Shown here: positions 1 to 10,473 of the stretch, one piece after another | Numbering within the stretch: the first letter of the stretch is position 1 | How the letters are laid out: the number at the start of each line of letters is the position of its first letter | NCBI GenBank assembly: GCA_963789955.1 | Contig: CAWBMV010000001.1 | Coordinates: forward strand, 736,001 to 800,000 | Length of the DNA stretch: 64,000 nucleotides | Direction of reading: 5' to 3' | Source: an uncultured Candidatus Rokubacteria bacterium | GTDB taxonomy: Bacteria; Methylomirabilota; Methylomirabilia; Rokubacteriales; CSP1-6 | Position numbers and translations under genes: made by a program | Notes under the pieces: generated by a model | The model's database searches: none | What the model was told of the DNA's origin: nothing | The model's input: only the letters and a program-made list of their open reading frames with translations

Positions 1-716
1 TGCGTCTGACGACGCTCGCCGGACGGGTGCCGTTCGGGCCTGAGCGTCTTCGCGCCTTGCTCGGAGGTCTCCAGGCGGGCGGCCGTGTGATCAGCATCGA
101 TCGCGACTGGTTCATCCATCCCGATAGCTTCGGCCGGCTGCGCGGTCTCGTCGTCGACGAGCTCACGGCGTTTCACCGTGCGAACCCCCTCAAGCCCGGG
201 ATGTCCCGCGAGGAGCTCCGCGGCCGCGCCGGCGGGGCCGACGAGCGCGTCTTCGCCTTTCTGCTCTCGTCCCTCGCCGCCGAGGGCGTCGTCAAGACCG
301 AGCGCGACAAGGTGTGGCTCGCCTCCCACGAGGTGCGCCTGTCTCCGGAGCAGCAGCGGGTCATGGACACCCTCGAGGGCGAATTCAGCCGGGCCGAGGC
401 CGCCCCGCCCAGCCCCGAGGAAGCGCTGGGTCGGGCCGGGGTCAGGGGTGACGAGGAGCACGAGCTCTTCCAGGTCCTCGTCCAGTCCGGCAAGCTCGTC
501 CGCGTCAAGGAATCGCTCTTCTTTCACGCGCAGGCGCTCGAGTCGATCCAGACGAAGCTCGTGGCGCTCCTGCGCGAGCGCAAGGACATCGGTCCGAGCG
601 ACATCAAGGATCTGCTGGGCATTTCCCGGAAATACGCGATTCCGCTCCTCGAATTCTTCGACCAGCGCCGGGTCACGGCGCGCGTCGGAGAAAGGCGCAT
701 CTTGCGCGCGGGGTAG
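1..716 (+). CDS. selB: Selenocysteine-specific elongation factor, C-terminal winged-helix part (5' truncated by window)
   Basis: FHRANPLKPGMSREELR and C-terminal SRKYAIPLLEFFDQRRVT.RVGERR match SelB WH domains. Confidence 0.93.
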   Translation, partial: RLTTLAGRVPFGPERLRALLGGLQAGGRVISIDRDWFIHPDSFGRLRGLVVDELTAFHRANPLKPGMSREELRGRAGGADERVFAFLLSSLAAEGVVKTERDKVWLASHEVRLSPEQQRVMDTLEGEFSRAEAAPPSPEEALGRAGVRGDEEHELFQVLVQSGKLVRVKESLFFHAQALESIQTKLVALLRERKDIGPSDIKDLLGISRKYAIPLLEFFDQRRVTARVGERRILRAG

Positions 717-756
717 GGCGGGAGTAAGGTATGGCGTCGTTGGAAAGGAGTCCTCT

Positions 757-948
757 ATGTTTGGGCTGGGCTACCAGGAACTGCTGATCATCCTCGTCAT
801 CGTGCTGATTCTCTTCGGCGCGAACCGACTGCCGGAGCTCGCCCGCTCACTCGGCTCGAGCGTCAAGGAGTTCAAGAAGGGCGTCAACGAGGTCAAGGCC
901 GAGGACACCACCGCCGCCGCGAAGAAGCCAGAGGAGAACAAGACGTAA
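757..948 (+). CDS. tatA: Twin-arginine translocase TatA/E subunit
   Basis: MFGLGYQELLIILVIVLILFGANRLPELARSLGSSVKEFKKG; SD AAGGAG upstream. Confidence 0.95.
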   Translation: MFGLGYQELLIILVIVLILFGANRLPELARSLGSSVKEFKKGVNEVKAEDTTAAAKKPEENKT

Positions 949-2588
949 GTCCGCGTTCGGATTTCTTCTTCGCCGCCGCGCTCTCGTTCCTGACGATCGT
1001 CTCGCGCCTTCCGTATCGCGCGCGTCTGCTCTACAACTGGGACGCCGTGCAGTTTGCGCTGGCGCTCAACGAATACGACGTCCTCAAGCACCAGCCGCAC
1101 CCGCCGGGCTACATCCTCTACGTCGTGCTGGGCCGCATCGTCAACGCGTGGCTCCACGATCCGACGGCCTCGTACGTCGCGCTCGCGGTCGCGTTCAGCG
1201 GCCTGACGACCTTCGTCGTGTACTACCTCGCGCTGGCGGTCTACGACCGGACGACCGCGCTCGCCGCCGCCGCGATGCTCGCCGTGAGCCCGCTCTTCTG
1301 GTTCTACGGCTCGGTCGGCCTCACGTACGCCGGCGAGGCGCTCTTCGCGTCGACCGTCGCGTACTTCGGCTTTCGCGCGCTCAACGGTAGTCGCAGCGAC
1401 GCGTACCTGGCCGCGTGGTATCTGGGCATCGCGGGCGGCATGCGCCAGTCGCTGCTCGTCCTGCTGTTCCCGCTCTGGATCGGATGCGTGGTGATCGGCA
1501 CGCGCCGGGTCCGCGTCGTCCTGATCAGCCTCGGCATCCTGGCCGCGTCGGTGCTGACCTGGTTCGTGCCGATGATCTGGCTCACCGGCGGCCTCGAGCG
1601 CTACATCGCCGCCTCGGTCGAGCTGGCGGACTCGGTCGTCAAGCCGACGTCGATCGTCGGCGGGCCGTTCGACGTCACCCTGCGGATGTCGCGCTACCTG
1701 CTCGAATCCGTCCTGGTGGCCCTCGGTCCGCTCGCCGCGGCGAGCCTCCTGGCCGTCTGGTACGTCCGGCGGTGGGGCTGGACCTTCCGGGAGTGGTTCC
1801 TGCTCGCGTGGACGGTCCCGCCGGTGCTGGTCTACACGCTCGTGCATTTCGGACAGGCCGGCTACGTCCTGACGTTTCTCCCCGCGCTGGTGATCTTCCT
1901 TTCGCGCGTGCTGGTCACGGCCCTCGGGCAGGCGGCCGAGCTCCTGCCGTTGCCGCGGGCCCGCGTCGCGCTGACCGCCGCCGTCGTCATGCTCGTCGTG
2001 CTCGTCAACGGCTCGTTCTTCGTGTCGGCGAGACCGGCCCCCCGCGATTTCGACACGCCGCGATCGCCGTGGATCCGCCAGGCGCAGGACGAAGCGTTCG
2101 ACTGGATCTTCAGCCGCACCGCCGCGGCGCTGCGCGAGCACGAGGAGGTCGTGAGCGGGTTCGTCGACTCGATCCGCGGGCTCTACCCGGGCGAGACGAC
2201 CGTGATCATCACCGAGCAGGGGAACTCGCGCTCGTATCCGTGGTTCCGGCACGCGATGTTCTACCTGCCGGAATACGCGGTGTACGAGCTCCAGGTCGGC
2301 GGCCTGGTGCCCGGCTTCCGGGCCTCGCGGCTGTCGGCGACCATGTCGACGATTCCCGAGGTCGAGATCGACCTGCCTTCGTCCGTCGAGCGGCTCGTCT
2401 GGTTCGTCGACCACTGGAGCCCGACGACGGTGCGGCCCGAGGGCCTGGTCGAGATCGAGATCCCGCATGGCCGCTATCTCTACGTGCTGCCGCTCGGCCG
2501 GAAGGCCATCGACTACGAGGACTACACCTTCGTCCGCGCGCAGCCTCCACGCCGCGCCGCCGGCGCCGCGCGTGCCCGGCCGCAGTGA
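948..2588 (+). CDS. GT-C/PMT-like multi-pass membrane glycosyltransferase (start uncertain)
   Basis: Frame open upstream of 1047 (SDFFFAAAL..LYNWDAVQFALAL, HQPHPPGY motif), many TM helices; no clean start codon, probable indel near 949. Confidence 0.7.
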   Translation, partial: SPRSDFFFAAALSFLTIVSRLPYRARLLYNWDAVQFALALNEYDVLKHQPHPPGYILYVVLGRIVNAWLHDPTASYVALAVAFSGLTTFVVYYLALAVYDRTTALAAAAMLAVSPLFWFYGSVGLTYAGEALFASTVAYFGFRALNGSRSDAYLAAWYLGIAGGMRQSLLVLLFPLWIGCVVIGTRRVRVVLISLGILAASVLTWFVPMIWLTGGLERYIAASVELADSVVKPTSIVGGPFDVTLRMSRYLLESVLVALGPLAAASLLAVWYVRRWGWTFREWFLLAWTVPPVLVYTLVHFGQAGYVLTFLPALVIFLSRVLVTALGQAAELLPLPRARVALTAAVVMLVVLVNGSFFVSARPAPRDFDTPRSPWIRQAQDEAFDWIFSRTAAALREHEEVVSGFVDSIRGLYPGETTVIITEQGNSRSYPWFRHAMFYLPEYAVYELQVGGLVPGFRASRLSATMSTIPEVEIDLPSSVERLVWFVDHWSPTTVRPEGLVEIEIPHGRYLYVLPLGRKAIDYEDYTFVRAQPPRRAAGAARARPQ

Positions 2589-4104
2589 GTCGCTCGCGGC
2601 CCTCGCCCGGTGGCGCGCTGACGGTCTCGTAGTCGCCGCCGCCCTGCTGCCGCTCACGCTCTTCGTCGCGCGCGAGTGGCAGATCGCCGGGGCTTTCGGG
2701 TTTCCGCTCGACGATTCGTGGATCCATCTGCACTTCGCGCGTAACCTCGCCGCCGGCGCCGGATTCTCCTACAACCCCGGCACTCCGATCGCCGGCTCGA
2801 CCGCGCCGCTGTGGACGCTTCTGCTCGGCGCGGGCGCGTTCGTCGTCTCGCCCTCGCTCGCGATGGCCAAAGTGATCGGCATCGTCGCGACCGTGGCGGC
2901 GGCGCTCGTCACGCGTCGCGCGGCGCTCGCCTGGGGGGCGCGAGACGACATCGCGCTCGTCGCGGCGATCGCGCTCACGTGGATGGGCCCGATCGTCTGG
3001 GGGGCGCTGTCCGGGATGGAGGTCTCTCTCGCGGCCTTGCTGGTGGCCGCCGCGCTCCTCGCGCACGCGCGCGATCACGCGCTCGCGTCGGCCGTGTGCG
3101 CGGCGCTGGCGGTGCTCGCGCGCCCCGAGGCGCTGCTGCTCGTCCCGTTCCTGGCCGCCGCGCGCCCGCTGACGATCCGCCGCGTCGTGCTGTTCGCGGC
3201 CGTCACGATCGTGGTGGTGGCACCAGCCGTCCTCTTCAGCTTGAAGACCGCCGGCACGCCGTACCCGGCGACCGCCGCCGCCAAGGTCGAGGGCGGTCTC
3301 GTCGGCTGGCTCGGCGGCGTTCGCGAGCCGGCGGCGCTCACGTTCATCAAGCGCCCGGCCGCGTTTCTTACCGAATGGATCGTGTGGCTGGCCACGATCC
3401 ACGGGCTCCTGCCGATCGCGCTCGCTGCGGCGCTCGTCCTGACATGGAAGTATGCCGGCCGGGCTCTTGGTTTGGTCGCGCTCGTCCTCCTCGCGCATCC
3501 CCTCGGCATGGCGTTGCTCGCGCCGTACCGTGGCCCGGCCTTCCAGGAAGGGCGGTATTCGATCCATCTGCTGCCGCTCGCCATGGTCGTCCTGGCGGCG
3601 GCGCTGGGCAGTCGTGGCCACGATCTCGCGGCCAGAGTTCCCGGGGGTTACGCCTGGGCGGGCCGGGCCGTTCTCGTGGGGTGGCTCGCGATCGCGGCGG
3701 GAGCGCTCGTGCCGGCGGCCACGCGCTACGCGTGGGCTGTTCAGAACATCAACGCGATGCAGGTCCACCTCGGGCGCTGGGTGGACGCGCAGCTGCCGAA
3801 GACGGCGCGGATCGCGCTGAACGACATCGGGGCGATCGCCTTTTTCTCGCGTCGAGAGATCGTCGACCTCATGGGGCTCGTGACGCCGGAGATCATTCCC
3901 TATCGACGCCGGGGCGAGACCGGGGTGATGGAGTACGTGTCCGAGACGTGCCCTGAATATCTCATCATCTTCCCGGCGTGGTTCCCGCGGCTCGCCGCGA
4001 GCAGGGAGACGCTCCAGCCGATCTATCGCGTGCGCCTCGAGCGCAACGAGGTCGCGGGCGCCGCGGAAATGGTCGTGTATCGACTGCTGCGCTGTGCGGT
4101 ATGA
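2585..4104 (+). CDS. GT-C membrane glycosyltransferase (arabinofuranosyl/mannosyl-transferase-like; start uncertain)
   Basis: LDDSWIHLHFARNL, GSTAPLWTLLL, SGMEVSL, ARPE motifs; multiple TM helices; overlapping GTG at 2585 is out of frame. Confidence 0.7.
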
Positions 4105-4112
4105 TCGGCGCC

Positions 4113-4725
4113 ATGCGACGGCTGGCGTTGCTCCTCACGGCCATTCTGCTCGTGCTGCCGTGGCCGGTGCCTGCCGACGCTCAGATCTACCGCTGGGTCG
4201 ACGAGAACGGCGTCCCGCATTTCGCCGACGGGATCGACAGCGTTCCCGGCCCCTATCGCTCGAAGGCGGTGCCGCTCGGCATGAAGAACGCGCCGGCCCC
4301 GCCGGCGGCGCCTCGCCGGCGCGGCGGCCCCCAAGCCCGCGTCGGGCGAGGCGACGATTCGCTTCACCCCGGGTCAGCGCATCCTGGTCGACGTGCGCGT
4401 CAACGGCAACGCCGACGCGAAGCTCATGCTCGACACGGGCTCCGACAAGACGCTGATCAGCCCGCGCGCGCTCCAGGCGGCCGGCGTGCGTATCACCGGA
4501 TCGACGACGAGCGCCGAGGTCGCGGGCGCGACGGGAACCGGCCGGATGCAGTTCGTCGAGGTCGACAGCCTCGAGATCGGCGAGGCGCGCGTCGGCCGCA
4601 TGCCCGTGGCTTCGCAGGACGTGCCGATCGAAGGCGCCGACGGCGTGCTCGGGCGTGACTTCCTCGATCAGTTCAACGTGAACATCGACGGCGGGAAGGG
4701 CGTGGTGACGCTCTCGCCCAGATAG
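4113..4725 (+). CDS. Secreted DUF4124 + retropepsin-like aspartyl protease (frameshift ~4315)
   Basis: Signal peptide, [15 protein letters not shown], then LDTGS and GVLGRDFL in a second frame. Confidence 0.8.
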
Positions 4726-4763
4726 CTCGCCGCCCTCCCTGTGGTACGATGACGCTTCGGGTC

Positions 4764-7602
4764 ATGGACTACAAGGCCACGCTAAATCTGCCGAAAACCG
4801 CCTTCCCGATGAAGGCGAACCTGCCGAAGACCGAACCCGAGATGCTCGCGTGGTGGGAGTCGTTCGGAATCTACAAGCGCGTGCGTCAAGCCTCGGCCGG
4901 CCGTCCAGTCTGGATCCTGCACGACGGACCTCCGTACGCCGAACGGCCACATCCATCTCGGGACGATGCTGAACAAGGTCCTGAAGGACGTGATCGTCAA
5001 GTCGCGCTCGATGTCCGGCTTCAACGCGGTCTACGTGCCGGGCTGGGATTGTCACGGCCTTCCGATCGAGCATCAGGTCGACAAGGAGCTCGGCCTCGAC
5101 AAGGCCGGGATCGACGTGCGTAACGCGATGGATCCGATCGAGAAGCGCCGCAAGTGCCGCGAATACGCGAACCGCTTCATCGACATCCAGCGGAGCGAGT
5201 TCAGGCGCCTGGGCGTGTTCGGCGACTGGGACAACCCGTACATCACGATGGATCCGGCGTACGAGGCGGTCATCGCGCGCGAGCTCGGCCGCTTCGTCGG
5301 GCGCGGCCTCGTGTACAAGGACCTGAAGCCCGTCCACTGGTGCATGCACTGTCGGACCGCGCTCGCGCAGGCCGAGGTCGAGTACGAGGATCAGAAGACG
5401 CCGTCGGTGTGGGTCAAGTTCCCGCTGACGTCGATGCCGGCCGAGTTCCAGTCGGTGCTCGGCGGCCGTCGCGCCTTCGCGGTGATCTGGACCACGACGC
5501 CGTGGACGCTTCCGGCGAACCTCGCCATCGCCGTCCATCCCGCGCAGGAGTACGTCGCGCTCGCGCGCGGCCCGGAGGTCTACGTCGTGGCGCGGGCGCT
5601 CCTGGACGACTTTCTCCGCCTGTTCCCGGACCGTGAGCACACCGTCCTGGCGAGCGTGTCGGGCGACAAGCTCGTCGGCCACGGGTTCCGTCATCCGTGG
5701 ATCGCGCGCGAGGGAAAGATCGCGGCCGCGGAGTTCGTCGGAGTGGACCAGGGGACCGGGCTCGTCCACATCGCGCCCGGCCACGGCGAGGAAGACTACG
5801 AGCTGGGGAAATCGCTCGGCCTCAAGATCTACAACCCGGTGGACGACGCCGGGCGATTCGCCGCCGACGTGGAGCACTTCGCGGGGCTCACGGTGTGGGA
5901 CGCGAATCCCAAGATCATCGAGCATCTCAAGAGCGTGGGGATGCTGATCGCGCAGCGGCCGCTCGATCACACCTATCCCCACTGCTGGCGGTGCAAGAAC
6001 CCGACGCTGTTCCGCGCGACGGAGCAGTGGTTCATCGATCTCAACAAGGGAGGGTTTCGCGCGGCCGCCCTCGAGGCGATCAAGCGCGACATCCAGTGGA
6101 TCCCGCCCTGGGGCGAGGACCGCATCTACAACATGGTGGCGCATCGCCTGGAATGGGTCATCTCGCGCCAGCGGGTCTGGGGCGTGCCGATCGTCGCGTT
6201 CTATTGCACCGGCTGCGAGACGCTCCTGCTCGAGGAGCGGATCGTCGAGCACGTCGCGACGATCTTCCGCCAGGGCCGCGGCGGTGACGAGTGGTACGCG
6301 CGCGAGGCGCGCGACCTCTTGCCGCCGGGCACCCGATGCGCGAAATGCAACGGCGAGAGCTTCCGCAAAGAGACCGACATCCTCGACGTCTGGTTCGACT
6401 CCGGCTGCAGCCACGCGGCGGTGCTCGAAACGCGTCCCGAGCTCCACTGGCCGGCCGAGCTCTACCTGGAAGGCTCGGACCAGCACCGCGGGTGGTTTCA
6501 GTCCTCGCTGCTCGAGTCGATCGGCACGCGTGACGCGCCGCCCTACAAGAGCGTCGTGACCCACGGCTTCTTCGTCGACGGCGAGGGCCGGAAGATGTCG
6601 AAGTCACTCGGCAACGTGATCTCGCTCGACGAGGTCCTGCCGAAGTTCGGCGCCGAGGTCTTGCGCCTGTGGGTGGCGGCCGAGGACTACACGCAGGACA
6701 TCCGCGTGTCGATGGAGATCCTGGACCGGCTCGCCGACGCCTACCGGCGGATGCGCAACACGTTCCGCTTCCTGCTCGGCAACCTCGGCGATTTCGATCC
6801 CGCGCGGGACCGCCAGTCGTCCGCGCGGCTGGACGAGGTCGATCGCTGGGTCCTCGATCGCCTCGCGCGCCTGATCGCCCGCGTCCGGCGCGCCTACGAC
6901 GAGTACGAGTTCCACACCGTCTTCCACGCCGTGCACAATTTCTGCGCGGTCGATCTGTCGGCGCTCTATCTCGACATCATCAAGGACCGGCTCTACACCT
7001 CGCTGCCCGACGATCCGCGGCGGCGCGCGGCGCAGACCGTGTGCTTCGACGTCTTCGGCGCGCTCGCGCGGCTCATGGCGCCCATCCTCACGTTCACGTC
7101 CGAGGAAGCGTGGCGCCACATGCCCGGCGTCCACAGCGAGAGCGTGCACCTCGAGCGGTTCCCCGACGCCGCGCGGGACTGGCTCGACGACACGCTCAAG
7201 CGCGACTGGGACCGGCTGCTCGAGGTGCGCCGCGAGGTGGCCAAGGCGCTGGAGACCGCGCGAGCCGAGAAGCTGATCGGGAGCGGGCTCGAGGCCGCGG
7301 TGCGCATCGCGAGTGCCCCGGAGGACCTGCCGGCGCTCCTGCGCGCCAAGCGCGAGATCTTGCCGACGGTCTTCATCGTGTCGCGCGTGGACCTCGATCG
7401 CGCCGGCACGCGCGCGAGCATCACCTACGAGAGCCAGGACATTCCCGGGCTCGTCATCGGCGTCGACCGGGCGCGCGGCGAGAAGTGCGAGCGCTGCTGG
7501 ACGCGGAGCGAGCACGTCGGCGAGAGCCGCGAGCATCCCACGCTCTGCGAGCGCTGCGTTCCGATCGTCACGCGGCTGAGTGGTTCCGGCAATCCGCGCT
7601 GA
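4764..7602 (+). CDS. ileS: Isoleucine--tRNA ligase (frameshift ~4941)
   Basis: [35 protein letters not shown] split by one extra base, [16 protein letters not shown]-terminal CERCW Zn finger. Confidence 0.97.
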
Positions 7603-8092
7603 CCGGTCCCGTCTCGGGCGCGTCGTCGCGATCGCGGCCGTCGTCGTCGTCCTCGACCAGATCACCAAGCTGATCGTGCTCAATCGCCTGATCCTGGGCG
7701 TCCCGGTGGTCCTCGTCGACGGCTTCTTCGCCCTGACGCTCGTCATGAATACCGGGCTCGCGTTCGGGCTGCTGTCCGGGATCCCGGCGAGCTGGCGCTG
7801 GGTCGTCGGCGTGCTCTCGCTGGTGGCGCTCGTCGTCCTGCTCCGCGTGGCGCTGCGAATCCTGCCGAGCGGAGGGTGGCGCGAGCAGTCCGCGATCGGC
7901 CTCATCTTCGGCGGGGCGGTCGGGAACTTGATCGACCGGACGCGCTTCGGCGCCGTGGTCGACTTCGTCGACGTGTACGTTCGCGACTGGCACTGGCCGG
8001 CCTTCAACGTCGCCGACTCGGCGATCACGGTGGGCGTCGCGGCCCTGGCGCTCGTCGTGATGATCGAGCGGTCGCCCTCCGCAGGCCCCTGA
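7580..8092 (+). CDS. lspA: Lipoprotein signal peptidase II
   Basis: [33 protein letters not shown]; follows ileS. Confidence 0.95.
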   Translation: MVPAIRADRSRLGRVVAIAAVVVVLDQITKLIVLNRLILGVPVVLVDGFFALTLVMNTGLAFGLLSGIPASWRWVVGVLSLVALVVLLRVALRILPSGGWREQSAIGLIFGGAVGNLIDRTRFGAVVDFVDVYVRDWHWPAFNVADSAITVGVAALALVVMIERSPSAGP

Positions 8093-8096
8093 GGCC

Positions 8097-9016
8097 GTGA
8101 CGGTGCTCACGGTCGAGCCCGCGTCGGCCGGCGCCAGGCTCGACCGCTGGCTCAGCGAACGGCTGACCGATCTCTCGCGGGCGCGGCTGCAGTCGCTGAT
8201 TCGCGGCGGACTCGTGCGGGTCGACGGGGCCGCCTCCAAGGCCGCGCATCGGCTGCGCGGCGGCGAGCGGGTCGAGATCGAAGTGCCGCCTCCCGCCGAC
8301 GAAACGCTGACCCCCGAGTCGGTTCCGCTCTCGATCGTGTACGAGGACCCTCACGTGCTCGTCGTCGACAAACCGGCCGGCATGGTCGTCCATCCCGGCG
8401 CGGGCCGCTCGGGGGGACGCTCGCGGCGGCGATTCTCGCGCACGCGCCGACCACCGCCGGTGTCGGAGGACCGCGGCGTCCCGGTATCGTCCACCGGCTC
8501 GACAAGGACACGTCGGGGCTGCTCGTCGTGGCCAAGACCCCGCAGGCCTACGACGATCTGGTGGAGCAGTTGGCCGCCCGCACGGTGACGCGCCGCTATC
8601 TCGCCGTCGTGCACGGGCGCGTGCGGGCCAACGAAGCGGTGGTCGACGCGCCGATCGGGCGCCATCCGACCGATCGGGTGAAGATGGCGATCCGTCCGGC
8701 CGGCCGAGGCAAGCGCGCGGTCACCCGCTATCGCGTGCTCGAGCGCTTTGCCGACTTCACGTTGCTGGAGGTTCGCCTCGAGACCGGGCGTACCCACCAG
8801 ATTCGCGTCCATCTGGCGTCGCTGGGGCACCCGGTCGTCGGCGACTCGGTATATGGAAAGCCCCGTACGCGCTCGCCGATCCCGCTCGACGGCTATGCAC
8901 TCCACGCGACCGGACTCGCGTTTGTCCATCCGGCTTTCCGGAAAGTGATCGAATGCGCCGCGCCGATTCCGGCGCGGATCGAGCGCCTTCTGTTGCATCT
9001 TCGCGACGGCCGATAA
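8097..9016 (+). CDS. rluD: RluA/RluD-family pseudouridine synthase (frameshift ~8415)
   Basis: S4 domain, DKPAGMVVHP, HRLDKDTSG (second frame), LETGRTHQIRVH. Confidence 0.88.
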
Positions 9017-9091
9017 GGGCGGGCCTGACGCGTTTTTGGGGTAAACCCTGATTGTGACTCGGGTGGTCCAGGGTAGAATGATTGATACCCG

Positions 9092-10465
9092 ATGAGCCAG
9101 GTGACCGCTGTCATTCTCGCTGCTGGCGAAGGCAAGCGCATGCGCTCGCGGCAGCCCAAAGTGCTCCACCCCCTCTGCGGTCGCCCCCTGATCGCCTACC
9201 CGCTTCGTACCGCCCGAGCGCTGGCCGACCGGATCGTGCTCGTCGTGGGACCCAACGCCGACGCGGTCGTGGAGCTGGCCGGAGCCGACGTGCGGGCGGT
9301 GGTCCAGCGCGAGCGGCTCGGGAGCGGACACGCCGTCCAGCAGGCTCAGGCCGAATGCGGTGACGGAACCATCCTCGTCCTCCCCGGAGACATGCCGCTT
9401 CTGTCCGTGGAGACGATCGGCCGCCTGGTCGACCACCATCGAAAGAGTCGCGCCGCCGCGACGGTGCTGACCGCCGTCGTCGCCGCCCCGCAGGGCTACG
9501 GGCGCGTCGTGCGCAAGGGGGGGCGCGTCAAGCGAATCGTCGAGGATCGGGACGCGACCGCCGCCGAGAAGAAGATCGGCGAGATCAACACCTCGGTGTA
9601 CTGCTTCGCGGCCTCGCGGCTCTGGCAAGCGCTCGGCAAGGTGCGCGCCGACAACGACCAGGGCGAGTACTACCTGACGGACGTGATCGGCATCCTCGCC
9701 CGCGCCGGCGCGCGCGTCGACGCGGTCGTGACGCCGGATCCCGGCGAGGCCGCCGGTGTGAACGACCGCAAGCAGCTCGCCGCGGTGGCCGCCGTCCAGC
9801 GCCGCCGGATCCTCGACCGGCTGATGGAGAGCGGCGTCACCATTCTCGACCCGGCCAGCACGTACATCGAGGACACCGTGACGATCGATCCCGACACGAC
9901 GATCTATCCCCAGGTGGTGATCGAGGGGCAGTCGTCCATCGGCGGCGAGTGCGTCATCGGGGTCGGCTGTCACGTGAGCTCGTCTCGCATCGCCGAGCGC
10001 GTGACGTTGCTGCCGTACTGCGTGGTGCGGGAATCGGCGATCGACGAGGCCGCGACCTTGGGCCCGTTCTGCCATCTGCGGCCGTTGGCGCACGTCGGAC
10101 CGAAGGCGAAGATCGGCAACTTCGTCGAGCTCAAGAAGTCGACGATCGGGCGCGGGTCGAAGGTGCCGCACCTCTCCTACGTCGGCGACGCGACGGTGGG
10201 CGAGGGCGTCAACGTCGGCGCCGGCACGATCACGTGCAACTACGACGGCGTCAACAAGCACGAGACCAAGATCGGCGATCGAGCGTTCATCGGCACGAAC
10301 ACGAGCCTCGTCGCCCCCGTCACGATCGGCGAGGGCGCCTACATCGGAGCAGGCTCCACGATCACCAAGGACGTCCCACCGGGAGCCCTCGCTGTTGGAC
10401 GCGCTCAGCAGGTCGTCAAGGACGGCTGGGCGGCGCGGAAAGCCAAGAAGCGCGAGGAGCACTGA
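9092..10465 (+). CDS. glmU: Bifunctional UDP-GlcNAc pyrophosphorylase / GlcN-1-P acetyltransferase
   Basis: ILAAGEGKRM, EYYLTD, GNFVELK, HLSYVGDA, TCNYDG. Confidence 0.97.
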   Translation: MSQVTAVILAAGEGKRMRSRQPKVLHPLCGRPLIAYPLRTARALADRIVLVVGPNADAVVELAGADVRAVVQRERLGSGHAVQQAQAECGDGTILVLPGDMPLLSVETIGRLVDHHRKSRAAATVLTAVVAAPQGYGRVVRKGGRVKRIVEDRDATAAEKKIGEINTSVYCFAASRLWQALGKVRADNDQGEYYLTDVIGILARAGARVDAVVTPDPGEAAGVNDRKQLAAVAAVQRRRILDRLMESGVTILDPASTYIEDTVTIDPDTTIYPQVVIEGQSSIGGECVIGVGCHVSSSRIAERVTLLPYCVVRESAIDEAATLGPFCHLRPLAHVGPKAKIGNFVELKKSTIGRGSKVPHLSYVGDATVGEGVNVGAGTITCNYDGVNKHETKIGDRAFIGTNTSLVAPVTIGEGAYIGAGSTITKDVPPGALAVGRAQQVVKDGWAARKAKKREEH

Positions 10466-10473
10466 GGTCAGCC

